Source: Gammaproteobacteria bacterium (lineage in GTDB: Bacteria > Pseudomonadota > Gammaproteobacteria > HK1). From it: DNA of 64,000 bases. The notes below the pieces were generated by a model. It worked only from the letters and a program-made list of their open reading frames with translations. It had not been told where the DNA came from and did no database searches. The position numbers were made by a program, and so were the translations under genes. Below, in pieces: positions 10,781 to 20,024 of the stretch. How positions within the stretch are numbered: position 1 is the stretch's first letter; every line of letters starts with the position of its first letter. The stretch covers positions 12,801-76,800 of the forward strand of contig JAJDUQ010000050.1 in NCBI GenBank assembly GCA_022826505.1, written 5' to 3'.

Positions 10781-11566
10781 TCACACGATTCCGGCTTGCA
10801 CGACGTCGATCGGCGTGGCACGCCAGTTCGCGAAGTCCCGGCAGGCAGCTCCGAATGCCTCGAACAGAGCGCGCGACGACGAATCCGCCAGCGCGTTCCA
10901 TTCCGGATGCCACTGAATCGCAAGTGCGAACGAGGCACACCCCCGGACGCTCATCGCCTCGACGAGGCCGTCCGGTGCCCGGGCTTCGACCACGAGACCG
11001 TCGCCGAGTCGATCGACGCCCTGCGAGTGGAGCGAGTTGACCTCGATCGATTGGCGGTGCAGGAGTCGATGCAGCATACCTCCGACTGTCAGCGTGACGG
11101 TGTGCGAGGGCGCGTACTGGCCGTCGATGTCCGGTACCGAATGCTTGCGGTGGTCGAGCATCCCTTGCAGCTCGTGGACGTGCTGGTGCAGCGTCCCGCC
11201 GAATGCGACGTTCACCTCCTGAAAGCCGCGGCATACCGCGAGCAGCGGGATCGCGCGCTCGATGCAGCGGCGAACGAGGGGTAGCGCAGTCTCGTCGCGG
11301 TGCGGGTCGTGCAATGTACCGGGGCGACTGACCGGTTGTCCGTAATGGCGGGGAAGTACGTTGGACGGGCTTCCGGTGAGCAGGAGTCCGTCGATGGAGT
11401 CGAGCAGGTCGTCGTTGGCCACTGCGCGTCCGAGCGCGGGGATGAGAAGCGGAAGCGCATCCGCCGCCGCGCTCACCGCGGTTGCGTACTTCTCCTGGAC
11501 GATGTGGTGGACGCGCCCTTCGAGGTCGCTTCGGCACGCCGTGATTCCAACAACCGGTTTACCCAT
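10781..11566 (-). CDS. puuD: Gamma-glutamyl-gamma-aminobutyrate hydrolase (peptidase C26, PuuD-like)
   Basis: KPVVGITAC, GLLLTGSPSNV, AVCRGFQE.NVA.GGTL, VNSLHSQG, QWHPE triad. Confidence 0.9.
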   Translation of the reverse strand: MGKPVVGITACRSDLEGRVHHIVQEKYATAVSAAADALPLLIPALGRAVANDDLLDSIDGLLLTGSPSNVLPRHYGQPVSRPGTLHDPHRDETALPLVRRCIERAIPLLAVCRGFQEVNVAFGGTLHQHVHELQGMLDHRKHSVPDIDGQYAPSHTVTLTVGGMLHRLLHRQSIEVNSLHSQGVDRLGDGLVVEARAPDGLVEAMSVRGCASFALAIQWHPEWNALADSSSRALFEAFGAACRDFANWRATPIDVVQAGIV

Positions 11567-11840
11567 GTAGCGTCGTCGGCTCCAGGAGCGGAATGCGGAT
11601 GATTCTAACCCGGACCACCGCGTATGCAGAACCGGACGGAATTCGGACATGCATGCGCCGGTCGGGCGAACCTGCGCTTGCCTCGTACCGCGCCAATCTG
11701 CACATTCGGCTCCGACCCGACCTCGCGCTGAAGGATGCGTACATTCTTGCCACCTCGAACGCGGCCAAGCGTCATTCGAGCCTGAAGCCATTCGCCGGGG
11801 AATTTCACCGATTCCCTTCCTGACGAAAGAGGAAACCATC

Positions 11841-13115
11841 ATGCCGCAGAAGACGTTCGCATTCTTTCCCGAAGCCGCATTCGGCCCCGCTCTCAACTCG
11901 GTCGGAATCGCCCAGGCCATCGCGTCGCGCGGACACCGGGTTGTCTTCCTGTCCGACCCCGGATTCGTCGAGGTCTACGAGGGCTACGGATTCGAGGCTC
12001 ATCCGGTGAATCTCTCCGAACCGATGCCCCCCGAGCAGATGGCGAAGTTCTGGGAGGACTTCATCAACGGGCACATCCCCAATTTCCGCAAGGCGCCGAT
12101 CGACCAGCTCGACAACTACGTCAAGGAATGCTGGGAGGCAATCGTCGACAGCGCGAAGTGGGCGGAGAAGGACCTTCCGGGTGTCCTGGCCCGAATCGAG
12201 CCGGATGTGGTCTGCATCGACAACGTGATCCTGTTCCCCGCCATCAAGCGGTTCGGGAAGCCGTGGGTGCGCATCATCTCGTGCTCGGAGAACGAGATCG
12301 AGGACGAGGCCATTCCCCCGCATCTCTCCGGATGCAGCGAGAACGACGAGGCCGGTCACCGTGCGTTCCGTGCGCGCTTCAACGAGGTCATCCAGCCGAT
12401 TCATGACGATTTCAACGAATTCCTGGCCGCGTGCGGGGAGGACCGGTACCCGCTCGGCCGGTTCTTCGAGGCGTCGCCCCACCTCAACCTCCTGCTGTAT
12501 CCGGAGCCGGTGAAGTTCAGCCGGTCGACGCCACTCGACCCCGTGCGGTTCCAGTATCTGGAGGGGTGCGTGCGCAACGAGGAGCCATACGAGGTGCCCC
12601 GGTTCGCCGCCAACGACGCAGGTCCGCTGCTGTACATCTCCTTCGGCAGCCTCGGGGCCGGGGATACCGAGCTTCTGCAGCGGATCATCGCGGCGGTCGG
12701 AAAGTCGCGGTTCCGAGCGCTCGTGAACGTGGGCGACTACGCCGGTGCCTACTCCCGCCTGCCGCCGAACGTCGTCATCGACGGCTGGTATCCCCAGCCT
12801 TCGGTCATTGCGCAGACGGACCTCGTGATCCACCACGGCGGCAACAACTCGTTCACGGAATGCCTGTACTTCGGCAAACCTGCGATCATCATGCCCTACG
12901 TGTGGGACGGCCACGACAACGCCATGCGCGTCCACGAGACCGGCCACGGCCTGCACCTGGAACGCTACGAGTGGACCGACGAGGAGCTGCTCGAAGCCAT
13001 CGAGGCCTGCCTCGCCGACCAGGCGATGCAATCGAAGCTGGCCGCGACCTCGGCCCACATGCAAAGCCGCAGCGGTCCGGAGAAGGCGGCCGGGCTGCTC
13101 GAGTCGCTGCTCTGA
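11841..13115 (+). CDS. GT-B glycosyltransferase, family 1 (MGT/UDPGT-like)
   Basis: N-terminal EAAFGPALN, YISFGSLG, WYPQ.SV....D.VIHHGGNNSFTE.LYFGKP.I.MPY.WD nucleotide-sugar binding signature. Confidence 0.85.
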   Translation: MPQKTFAFFPEAAFGPALNSVGIAQAIASRGHRVVFLSDPGFVEVYEGYGFEAHPVNLSEPMPPEQMAKFWEDFINGHIPNFRKAPIDQLDNYVKECWEAIVDSAKWAEKDLPGVLARIEPDVVCIDNVILFPAIKRFGKPWVRIISCSENEIEDEAIPPHLSGCSENDEAGHRAFRARFNEVIQPIHDDFNEFLAACGEDRYPLGRFFEASPHLNLLLYPEPVKFSRSTPLDPVRFQYLEGCVRNEEPYEVPRFAANDAGPLLYISFGSLGAGDTELLQRIIAAVGKSRFRALVNVGDYAGAYSRLPPNVVIDGWYPQPSVIAQTDLVIHHGGNNSFTECLYFGKPAIIMPYVWDGHDNAMRVHETGHGLHLERYEWTDEELLEAIEACLADQAMQSKLAATSAHMQSRSGPEKAAGLLESLL

Positions 13116-13307
13116 GCCGCCGTGTCGGAACCGGCGTCGCCCGCAACGCGCGGCGCTCGGTTCCGGGCCGTTCCCGAGGCGGCACCGCGCCGTGTTTCCG
13201 TCCCGTCCGCGCACGCGAATTTCCGCGTGGGCCGTCTCCGCGTCATCGGGAATTTCGTCGCGCGGCCCCGTCCACCGACCGCGGCCGTTTCGGCCTGGTT
13301 GCGTTGC

Positions 13308-13337
13308 TTGACATCGCGGAAGTGACGGGCCATAAGT
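13308..13337 (+). promoter_or_regulatory. Putative sigma70 promoter of the polyamine ABC operon
   Basis: TTGACA, 17-bp spacer, CATAAG, 44 bp upstream of the SBP start. Confidence 0.45.
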
Positions 13338-13380
13338 GCCGACAGGCCGTCCGCGCCGACCACTCCGGGAGGAATTCACG

Positions 13381-14517
13381 ATGGAATACAGGAAAGACGA
13401 CCTGATCGACATGTTGGCGACCGGCAAGGTGTCGCGGCGGAGGTTCCAGACCTACCTGGCATCCCTCGGGGTCGCCGCGGTAACGCTTCCGATGCTGCCC
13501 CGCTCCGCGCGGGCCGCGGCCGAAGACCATCCAAACGTGTTCACCTGGGAGGGATGGGACGCCCAGGCGCACCACCTCGAATACCACAACAAGTACGGCG
13601 AGTACCCCAATTTCTCCATCTTCGGCGACGAGGAGGAGGCCTTCGCGAAGATCAAGGCCGGTGCCCAGTTCGACGTGACCCACCCCTGCTCCTACAAGGT
13701 GGAGATCTGGCGCGATGCCGGGATCCTGCAGCCGATCGACACGAGCCGGCTGAGCCACTGGGACGAGATCATTCCGAGTCTCAAGGAGATTCCCGGCATG
13801 ACCACCGAGAACGGCGACGTCTACTTCGTCGCGGCCGACTGGGGCCTCACCTCGGTGCTCTACCGGCCCGATCTCGTCGATCCCAAGTACCAGGAAGAGG
13901 AGACCTGGGGAATCCTGTGGGACGAGCGCTACAAGGGGCGGCTGTCGATGTCGGACAGCCTCATCGACGGCGTGATGGTGGCGGCCATCTACGGCGGCGC
14001 GAAGGACCCCTTCAACATGACGCCCGACGAGGTCGAGGTCACCCGCGAGCTGCTCCGCAAGCAGCTTCCGCTGCTGCGGTACTGGTGGACGAGCCCCACC
14101 GACCTCGAGAACTCGATGGCGGCGGGCGAACTCGTCGCGACCAGCTCCTGGAACGACGCGTTCACCGCGCTGAAGGCCGAGGGCGTCAACGTGAAGTACA
14201 TGACTCCCAAGGAAGGCGCAATGACGTGGGTGTGCGGTTTCTGCCTCATGTCCGCCGCCGATCCGGCCAAGCTCGACAAGAGCTACGACGCCATAGACGC
14301 GTTCCTCAGCCCGGACTCGGGCGTTCTGTCCATACTCGACGAGGGCTATGGTCATGCGAACAAGCACTCGTACGAGCTCGTCCCCGAGCACCTGCTCAAG
14401 GAACGCGGACTGTCCAGCAATCCTGAAGAGATACTGAGCGCCGGCATCTTCCAGGAGCCGATCGGCAACGAGGCGGCGTTGCAGGAAATGTTCGAAGAGG
14501 TCAAGGCAGGACTGTAG
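13381..14517 (+). CDS. Polyamine-type ABC transporter substrate-binding protein (PotD/PotF family), Tat-exported
   Basis: SRRRF twin-arginine leader, FTWEG, EEAFAKIKAG..FDV..P, WG.T.V.Y, PKEGA..W..G; GGAGG RBS. Confidence 0.88.
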   Translation: MEYRKDDLIDMLATGKVSRRRFQTYLASLGVAAVTLPMLPRSARAAAEDHPNVFTWEGWDAQAHHLEYHNKYGEYPNFSIFGDEEEAFAKIKAGAQFDVTHPCSYKVEIWRDAGILQPIDTSRLSHWDEIIPSLKEIPGMTTENGDVYFVAADWGLTSVLYRPDLVDPKYQEEETWGILWDERYKGRLSMSDSLIDGVMVAAIYGGAKDPFNMTPDEVEVTRELLRKQLPLLRYWWTSPTDLENSMAAGELVATSSWNDAFTALKAEGVNVKYMTPKEGAMTWVCGFCLMSAADPAKLDKSYDAIDAFLSPDSGVLSILDEGYGHANKHSYELVPEHLLKERGLSSNPEEILSAGIFQEPIGNEAALQEMFEEVKAGL

Positions 14518-14561
14518 GGAGCCTCGTCCAACGCTTGCCGGTGACGAGTGTCTCGACCAGC

Positions 14562-14592
14562 CCGGGGCATCCGGCGTACGCGGGTGCCCCGG
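14562..14592 (+). terminator. Stem-loop after the SBP gene (mRNA stabiliser or partial terminator)
   Basis: CCGGGGCATCCG/CGGGTGCCCCGG 12-bp stem with one G-U pair; no U tract. Confidence 0.45.
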
Positions 14593-14783
14593 CGTTCTCT
14601 CCCCGGGGAGACGGCGGTCCCCGCGTCTGAAGGGGGCGCGCCGGTTCCCGCTCGCCGGGCTCCGCTGTCGGCAGCCGCCGGCCCCCTTCGACCCCGCTCC
14701 TATCCATCGTGCCTCGGCTCGCGCATTCCGGTATCCGTGTTCGGCTTGCGAACTTGCGAGGAGCATTGCTGCGAAAACTCATC

Positions 14784-14850
14784 GATTCCCGCCTTTGCGG
14801 GCATGACCTCGACTGAATACTTGCCGCGATTCCCGCGAAGGCGGGAATCC
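14784..14850. repeat. Inverted pair of REP/dRS3-like palindromic units
   Basis: GATTCCCGCCTTTGCGGGCATGAC ... GATTCCCGCGAAGGCGGGAATCC; the second unit is ATTCCC-N8-GGGAAT. Confidence 0.75.
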
Positions 14851-14951
14851 ACACGGCCTGCGCGAATGGGAATGGGCGGTTCGGCGCCGTGCCGGAGCCG
14901 TGGTCGCGTCGATGCCCGATCCTCGGCATGGCCCGCGACGATGATTGACTC

Positions 14952-15866
14952 GTGAACACCTCGCGGACCGCATCCGATCGCGCACCGGGCCAGCGCGTGC
15001 GCAAGTGGTTCATGAGGAGCGAGTCGGCGAGGGGATATGCCCTGCTTTCGCCGACGCTGGTGGTGGTCGTGCTCGGGTTGCTCTTCCCGGTGCTCATCCT
15101 GACTACCATGAGCTTCTGGAAGCAGGAATACGTCGACATCATCAGGACCTTCACCACGGAGAACTACGCCGCGTTCTTCGAGAAGAAGATCTACTACCTG
15201 ATCCTCTACCGCTCCATTCGAATCTCGGCTCTGGTGACGCTCGTCACCATTGTGCTGGCCTATCCGCTGGCGTACTACATCGCCTTCCACGTCAAGAAGA
15301 ACAAGATGATGTGGATCATCCTGGTCACGATTCCCTTCTGGACCAGCTACCTGCTCCGAGTCTTCGCCTGGAAGGTGATTCTCGGCTACAACGGCGTCAT
15401 CAATTCGGGACTCATCTCCCTTGGAGTCATTTCCGCTCCGCTCGAATTCCTGCTCTACAACCCGACCGCAGTGGTCATCACCCTGGCGCATGCCTGGGCC
15501 GCGGTGGCCATCCTGCCCATCTACGTGTCGTTGGAGAAGATCGATCGCTCCCTCATCGAGGCGGCGCGCGATCTGGGCGAAAGCGCCTTCATGACCTTCT
15601 TGCGCGTCACCCTGCCGCTGTCGCTCCCCGGCGTGATCGCGGCGAGCCTGCTGGTGTTCATCCCCACCGTCGGGGACTACGTGACGCCGGCGCTGGTGGG
15701 GGGTACGCGCGGGATCATGATCGGCAACATCATCCAGTCCATGTTCGGCAAGGCGCTCAACTGGCCGCTCGGCGCGGCGCTTTCGATCATCTCCATGCTG
15801 ACCGTCACCCTCGCGGTGTGCGCGCTCCTCGGCGCCACCCGCTGGTACCGGAAGAAGGTGGGATAG
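14952..15866 (+). CDS. ABC transporter permease (PotB-like)
   Basis: LAYPLAY, PFWTSYLLRVFAW, ILPIY.SLEKID.SL.EAARDLG EAA motif. Confidence 0.92.
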   Translation: MNTSRTASDRAPGQRVRKWFMRSESARGYALLSPTLVVVVLGLLFPVLILTTMSFWKQEYVDIIRTFTTENYAAFFEKKIYYLILYRSIRISALVTLVTIVLAYPLAYYIAFHVKKNKMMWIILVTIPFWTSYLLRVFAWKVILGYNGVINSGLISLGVISAPLEFLLYNPTAVVITLAHAWAAVAILPIYVSLEKIDRSLIEAARDLGESAFMTFLRVTLPLSLPGVIAASLLVFIPTVGDYVTPALVGGTRGIMIGNIIQSMFGKALNWPLGAALSIISMLTVTLAVCALLGATRWYRKKVG

Positions 15867-15869
15867 AAA

Positions 15870-16676
15870 GTGTCCGTCCGTCGCACGAGGCTGAACGGAT
15901 TCGGGGTGTATGCGGCGGTTTACCTCGCCTTCCTGTATCTGCCGGTGGCGGTGCTGCCTCTCTTCTCGTTCAACGACTCGCAGTACGTCACCTTTCCGCT
16001 GAAGGGCTTCACGCTCGAGTGGTACTACGCGCTCGCGGACAACCAGGGGCTGCTGAACGGGTTCTGGAACAGCGTGAAGGTCGCGGTGAGCGTGTCGGTC
16101 ATGAGCACGGTTCTCGGAATCTTCGCCGCCAAGGCGGTGACCCGCTACCGCATGCGGGGGCGCGGGGGACTCATCGGGTTCATCATGGTGCCGCTCGTGA
16201 TCCCGGAGATCATCCTGGGCATTTCGCTGCTCATCACCTTCAGCCTCGGCGGCGTGAAACTGTCGCTCGTCACCGTCGGCATCGGCCATCTCCTGCTCTG
16301 CGTTCCGTTCTCCATGCTGGTGCTGATCTCGCGGATGGAGGGCTTCGACCCGAGCATGGAGGAAGCCGCCCGGGACCTCGGAGAGAACGCGTGGGGCACC
16401 TTCTGGAGGGTGACCTTTCCCATCATGCTTCCCGGAATCGTGGCGAGCCTGCTGCTGACGTTCACCATCTCGTTCGACGAGTTCGTGCTCGCGTTCTTCC
16501 TCTGTGGCACGGATGCGACGCTGCCGGTGCACATCTGGAGCCAGCTCCGGTTTCCGGAACGGCTGCCTTCGGTGCTTTCGCTCGGAGCGATCATCGTCGT
16601 GGCGTCCACGATTGTGGTCTTCACCGCGGAACTCATCCGGCGAGGCGGCGTGCAGCTCGCGCCTGCCAGGGTCTGA
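15870..16676 (+). CDS. ABC transporter permease (PotC-like)
   Basis: FLYLP......SFNDS, GFTLEWY, PLVIPEIILG, EEAARDLG, SFDEF. Confidence 0.92.
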   Translation: MSVRRTRLNGFGVYAAVYLAFLYLPVAVLPLFSFNDSQYVTFPLKGFTLEWYYALADNQGLLNGFWNSVKVAVSVSVMSTVLGIFAAKAVTRYRMRGRGGLIGFIMVPLVIPEIILGISLLITFSLGGVKLSLVTVGIGHLLLCVPFSMLVLISRMEGFDPSMEEAARDLGENAWGTFWRVTFPIMLPGIVASLLLTFTISFDEFVLAFFLCGTDATLPVHIWSQLRFPERLPSVLSLGAIIVVASTIVVFTAELIRRGGVQLAPARV

Positions 16677-16691
16677 CGAGGGTTCGAGACG

Positions 16692-17807
16692 ATGCCCGCT
16701 CCGATCATCTCCATCAACCACGTGTTCAAGGACTTCGGTTCGGTCCGGGCCGTCAACGACGCGAACTTCGAGATCACCGAAGGGGAGTTCTTCTCCCTGC
16801 TGGGTCCGTCGGGCTGCGGGAAGACGACCCTGCTCAGGATGCTCGCCGGCTTCGAGGTGCCGACGCAGGGCAGCATCCACATAGACGACCGGGACGTCAC
16901 CATGGTTCCGCCGAACCACCGTCCGGTGAACATGGTGTTCCAGAACTACGCGATATTTCCGCATCTGAACGTGGCCTCGAACATCGCGTTCGGAATGCGG
17001 AAGTCGGGGCTTTCGAAGCGCGAGCTCGCCGGGCGCATCGAGGAGATGCTGGAGCTCATCAGGTTGCCCGGCTACGGGGAGCGCACCGCGATGGAGCTCT
17101 CGGGCGGCCAGCGCCAGCGGGTCGCGCTCGCGCGGGCGCTCATCAAGCAGCCGAAGGTACTGCTGCTGGACGAGCCCCTGGGGGCGCTCGACAAGAAGCT
17201 GAGGGAGCAGATGCAGATCGAGCTGCGCCAGCTTCAGCAGCAGGTGGGCATCACCTTCGTGTTCGTGACCCACGACCAGGAGGAGGCGCTGACGCTGTCG
17301 GACCGCATCGCGGTCATGGCGCAGGGGGACGTGCTGGAGATTTCCACCCCGGGAGCGCTCTACGAGGCACCGAAGTCGCGTTTCGTCGCGGACTTCATCG
17401 GCACCATGAACTTCTTCGACTGCACCCTGAGCGAGTTCGGGAACGGGATGGCGTCGGCCGATTCGGCGGACCTCGGCCGCGTGTGTGCCGCCTGCGAGAC
17501 GCCGCCCGCGGCGGTCGGCGAGGGCTTCGTGCTGGGCATTCGCCCGGAGAAGTTCCAGCTCGCGTTCGACGATGCCGGAGCGACCGAGAACGCCGTGAAG
17601 GGCCGAATGGGGCCCTCGGCGTATCTCGGGGACCGCAGCCACTTCTACGTCTACCTGGAGGGCCGGGACGAGCCGGTCTCCGTGGCGCTGCCGAACCTCG
17701 CGAAATCCCTCGATCGGATCGGCGGCGCGGGCCAGGAGGTATGGCTGACGTGGTCGGACGATGCCGCGGTGCTGCTGCCGAGTGATGACGGGACGGAAAG
17801 GCAATGA
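16692..17807 (+). CDS. ABC transporter ATP-binding protein (PotA-like)
   Basis: GPSGCGKTT Walker A, VFQNYA.FPH, LSGGQRQR, LLLDEPLGALD, TOBE C-terminus. Confidence 0.95.
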   Translation: MPAPIISINHVFKDFGSVRAVNDANFEITEGEFFSLLGPSGCGKTTLLRMLAGFEVPTQGSIHIDDRDVTMVPPNHRPVNMVFQNYAIFPHLNVASNIAFGMRKSGLSKRELAGRIEEMLELIRLPGYGERTAMELSGGQRQRVALARALIKQPKVLLLDEPLGALDKKLREQMQIELRQLQQQVGITFVFVTHDQEEALTLSDRIAVMAQGDVLEISTPGALYEAPKSRFVADFIGTMNFFDCTLSEFGNGMASADSADLGRVCAACETPPAAVGEGFVLGIRPEKFQLAFDDAGATENAVKGRMGPSAYLGDRSHFYVYLEGRDEPVSVALPNLAKSLDRIGGAGQEVWLTWSDDAAVLLPSDDGTERQ

Positions 17808-18196
17808 AAGGCGCCTCGAGGCTCTCTCCGGCACGAGTCCGGCACCGATCGAGCGTGCTGTCCCGGCTGCTTGTCTGCCTGGCCCTGCTGTACGGATGCG
17901 GCCATGCCGTCTCCGAGGAGACGGACCGGGGACTCGATGAGATCGATGTGGCGGAGCGTGTCGCGGACCGCATGGAAGGGATTGGGACAGCGGTCGAAGG
18001 GAATGCCGGGGTCGATGTCGTGGATTGTCACGTGGAGGTGGAGGGGGAGTGCGGAGAGTCCGGTCCGCCCGTCACGGAAGTCGACAAGACTGCGGTACTG
18101 GTCGATGAAGGTGCAGGTGAAGTCGTCGACCAAGCCGTAGCAGCTACCGCGAATATTGGCGAGTGCTCCGGGAAACGGTTCAAGAAATGCCGATAA
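17804..18196 (+). CDS. Hypothetical small acidic protein, possible lipoprotein
   Basis: ATGA overlap with the potA stop; basic N-terminus, hydrophobic stretch and LLYGC lipobox-like site; C-terminal ECSGKRFKKCR. Confidence 0.4.
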   Translation: MKGASRLSPARVRHRSSVLSRLLVCLALLYGCGHAVSEETDRGLDEIDVAERVADRMEGIGTAVEGNAGVDVVDCHVEVEGECGESGPPVTEVDKTAVLVDEGAGEVVDQAVAATANIGECSGKRFKKCR

Positions 18197-18277
18197 GCGA
18201 ACCCGGAGTGCGTGGCAGAGCGATCGTGAAGGCGCCACGATCCGGTGAACCGCGATCCGACCGAATGTCAGTCCTGG

Positions 18278-18302
18278 TTGACGCTATACTTGTGTAACAA
18301 GT
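18278..18302 (+). promoter_or_regulatory. relBE-type promoter/operator
   Basis: TTGACG at 18278 and perfect inverted repeat ACTTGT-GTA-ACAAGT (18288-18302) just upstream of the antitoxin. Confidence 0.6.
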
Positions 18303-18314
18303 GATCGGAGCCTA

Positions 18315-18542
18315 ATGATGCTCGCAATCAGATTGCCCACCGATATCGAAAAGCGCCTCGATCGACTTGCGAAAGCGACCGGGCGCACCAAGACCTTCTA
18401 CGCTCGCGAGGCGATCCTCGAGCACCTGGACGAGCTCGAGGATCTGTATCTCGCCGAACAGCGTCTGATCGACAACCGGTCGGGGAGGTCGCGGACCTAC
18501 ACGCTGGAGGAGGTGGAGCGCGAGCTTGGCCTGGAGGATTGA
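18315..18542 (+). CDS. RHH antitoxin (RelB/CopG-like)
   Basis: MLAIRLP.DIE.RLD.LAK.TGRTKTFYAREAILEHLD.LEDLYLAE ribbon-helix-helix; overlaps the toxin. Confidence 0.9.
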   Translation: MMLAIRLPTDIEKRLDRLAKATGRTKTFYAREAILEHLDELEDLYLAEQRLIDNRSGRSRTYTLEEVERELGLED

Positions 18543-18813
18543 ATTCGATGCCGGGGCGCTGAAGGACCTGCGCGGGCTTGACAGGCAGGTTGTCCACCGC
18601 ATCACGAAGTTTCTGCGCGAACGCCTCGGGGTGATGGACGATCCGCGCGGTCTCGGAGCGCGACTGAAAGGCCCCCGTAGCGGTCCCGGGACAGCCTCGC
18701 TGTGGCGATACCGAGTCGGCGACTGGCGCATCGTGGCGCACATCGAGGATGAGGTCTTGCGGGTGCTCGTCCTGCGGATTGCTCATCGCCGGGAGGTCTA
18801 TCGACGCGGCTGA
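18526..18813 (+). CDS. RelE/StbE family toxin
   Basis: W.IEF...A.KDL..LD, DPR.LG..LKG, LWRYRVGD.RI, .I.HRREVY. Confidence 0.92.
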   Translation: MAWRIEFDAGALKDLRGLDRQVVHRITKFLRERLGVMDDPRGLGARLKGPRSGPGTASLWRYRVGDWRIVAHIEDEVLRVLVLRIAHRREVYRRG

Positions 18814-18826
18814 ATCCCCTGTCGAT

Positions 18827-19753
18827 TCACTCCTCGTGGCGGCCGGGTCCTGGAATGTCCCGCCAGATGACCGGAAACCAGTCCTCCCGCATGCGGTCCC
18901 CGTGCGCGAGCCCGATGTCGGGGAAGGGCGGCGAGGTCTCGCCAGGTCGCCGGCAGTAGGTCACGTCGTCCCCCAGCCAGCGGGTGGAAAGGGCGCGCCG
19001 CCGGTCCTGAACCCGGCCCGCCGTGGTGCCGTGTAGGGTCCGGAAGTCGAAGGCGATCACGTCTCCCGGCGCGAGGTCCCACGCGAGGATTTCGTAGTCT
19101 TCGGGGTGGGCGTCGATGTCCGGGATCGCCTCCAGCGCGTCGTCGCCCGTGTTGAAGTCGGCGCCGTCGAGGAACACCCGCGGGTAGAACAGTCGGCCCC
19201 ATCGATGTGAGCCCCTGACAAAGCGCACCGCGACCTCCGCCGGCACGTGGTCGAGCGAGACGTAGAGGCTCACGGTCTGCGTCCCGTCGACGCAGTAGTA
19301 GGGCAGGTCCTGGTGCCAGGGCGTGGCCCGCTGGGTGCCCGGTTCCTTGCAGAAGGCGTGCTCGTGAAAGAACTGCGCGCGGTGCGAGTGCATGAGCTGG
19401 CCGGCCAACGAGGCCGCGCACGACTTGGTGACGTGGTCGAGGTATTCCGGAACCAGGAGCCAGTTGCAGTAGCTGTCGAAGAAGCGTCCCGGCGCTCCGG
19501 CGGGCGCGCTCTCGCAGGGGAACGCGTAGTCCTGCGGCGCTGCGAGGTTGCGTTCCAGGCCGGCGCGAAGCGGCTCGACCCACTCGTCGAAGACCCCGTG
19601 CAGGAGGACGGCTCCATCCTCCTGGAAGCGAGCGATCGCCGCGGCATCCGCGTTCCAGGGCTGCGCCTGGGAAGGGTCGAACGCCGGTGACGGCCGCCAC
19701 CAGTCGACCGTGGTCTGGTTGAAGCTGCTGGCCTCCAGTGTCGAACCCGTCAT
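18827..19753 (-). CDS. Phytanoyl-CoA dioxygenase (PhyH) family Fe(II)/2-oxoglutarate dioxygenase
   Basis: F.EDG.V, KEPG....TPWHQD (HxD), GSH.W, PGD...F...TLHG, RRA...R. Confidence 0.88.
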   Translation of the reverse strand: MTGSTLEASSFNQTTVDWWRPSPAFDPSQAQPWNADAAAIARFQEDGAVLLHGVFDEWVEPLRAGLERNLAAPQDYAFPCESAPAGAPGRFFDSYCNWLLVPEYLDHVTKSCAASLAGQLMHSHRAQFFHEHAFCKEPGTQRATPWHQDLPYYCVDGTQTVSLYVSLDHVPAEVAVRFVRGSHRWGRLFYPRVFLDGADFNTGDDALEAIPDIDAHPEDYEILAWDLAPGDVIAFDFRTLHGTTAGRVQDRRRALSTRWLGDDVTYCRRPGETSPPFPDIGLAHGDRMREDWFPVIWRDIPGPGRHEE

Positions 19754-19759
19754 GGGGCT

Positions 19760-20020
19760 TCACGCTGCCTGCTTGCGTCTTTCCCGTGCCAGATCATAGC
19801 TCGCCTGAAGGCGCATCCATTACTCCGCATCGCCCCAGTCGAGCTGTTCGATGGCAAGCGCGGTGGCGGCGGTCAACCGCGCCTGTCCGTTGAGAAGGCG
19901 CGATGACGTCACCCGGCTCAGCCCGAGTTGCCGAGCCGCTTCGGTGATGGTCCATCCTGTCGCGCGTACGCTTTCGCGAAGACATTCCCCCGGGTGCGCG
20001 GGGTTCAGCACCTTGCCCAT
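19760..20020 (-). pseudogene. higA: HigA family antitoxin with internal nonsense codon
   Basis: NPAHPGE.LRE, TEAA..LG.SR...SR.LNG; in-frame TAA at 19822-19820, after which WMRLQASYDLARERRKQAA continues in frame. Confidence 0.82.
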
Positions 20021-20024
20021 CGGC

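Noticed and set aside
14700-17834. Very long ORFs antisense to or overlapping real genes (e.g. 14700-17834 -, 25817-28753 -, 58021-60864 +, 2115-4445 -)
   Set aside because: Shadow ORFs expected in high-GC DNA; no recognisable motifs, and they overlap confidently identified genes.
19820-19822. In-frame stop in higA as programmed read-through or recoding
   Set aside because: It is TAA (not Sec/Pyl), and the partner toxin is frameshifted, so decay is the simpler explanation.
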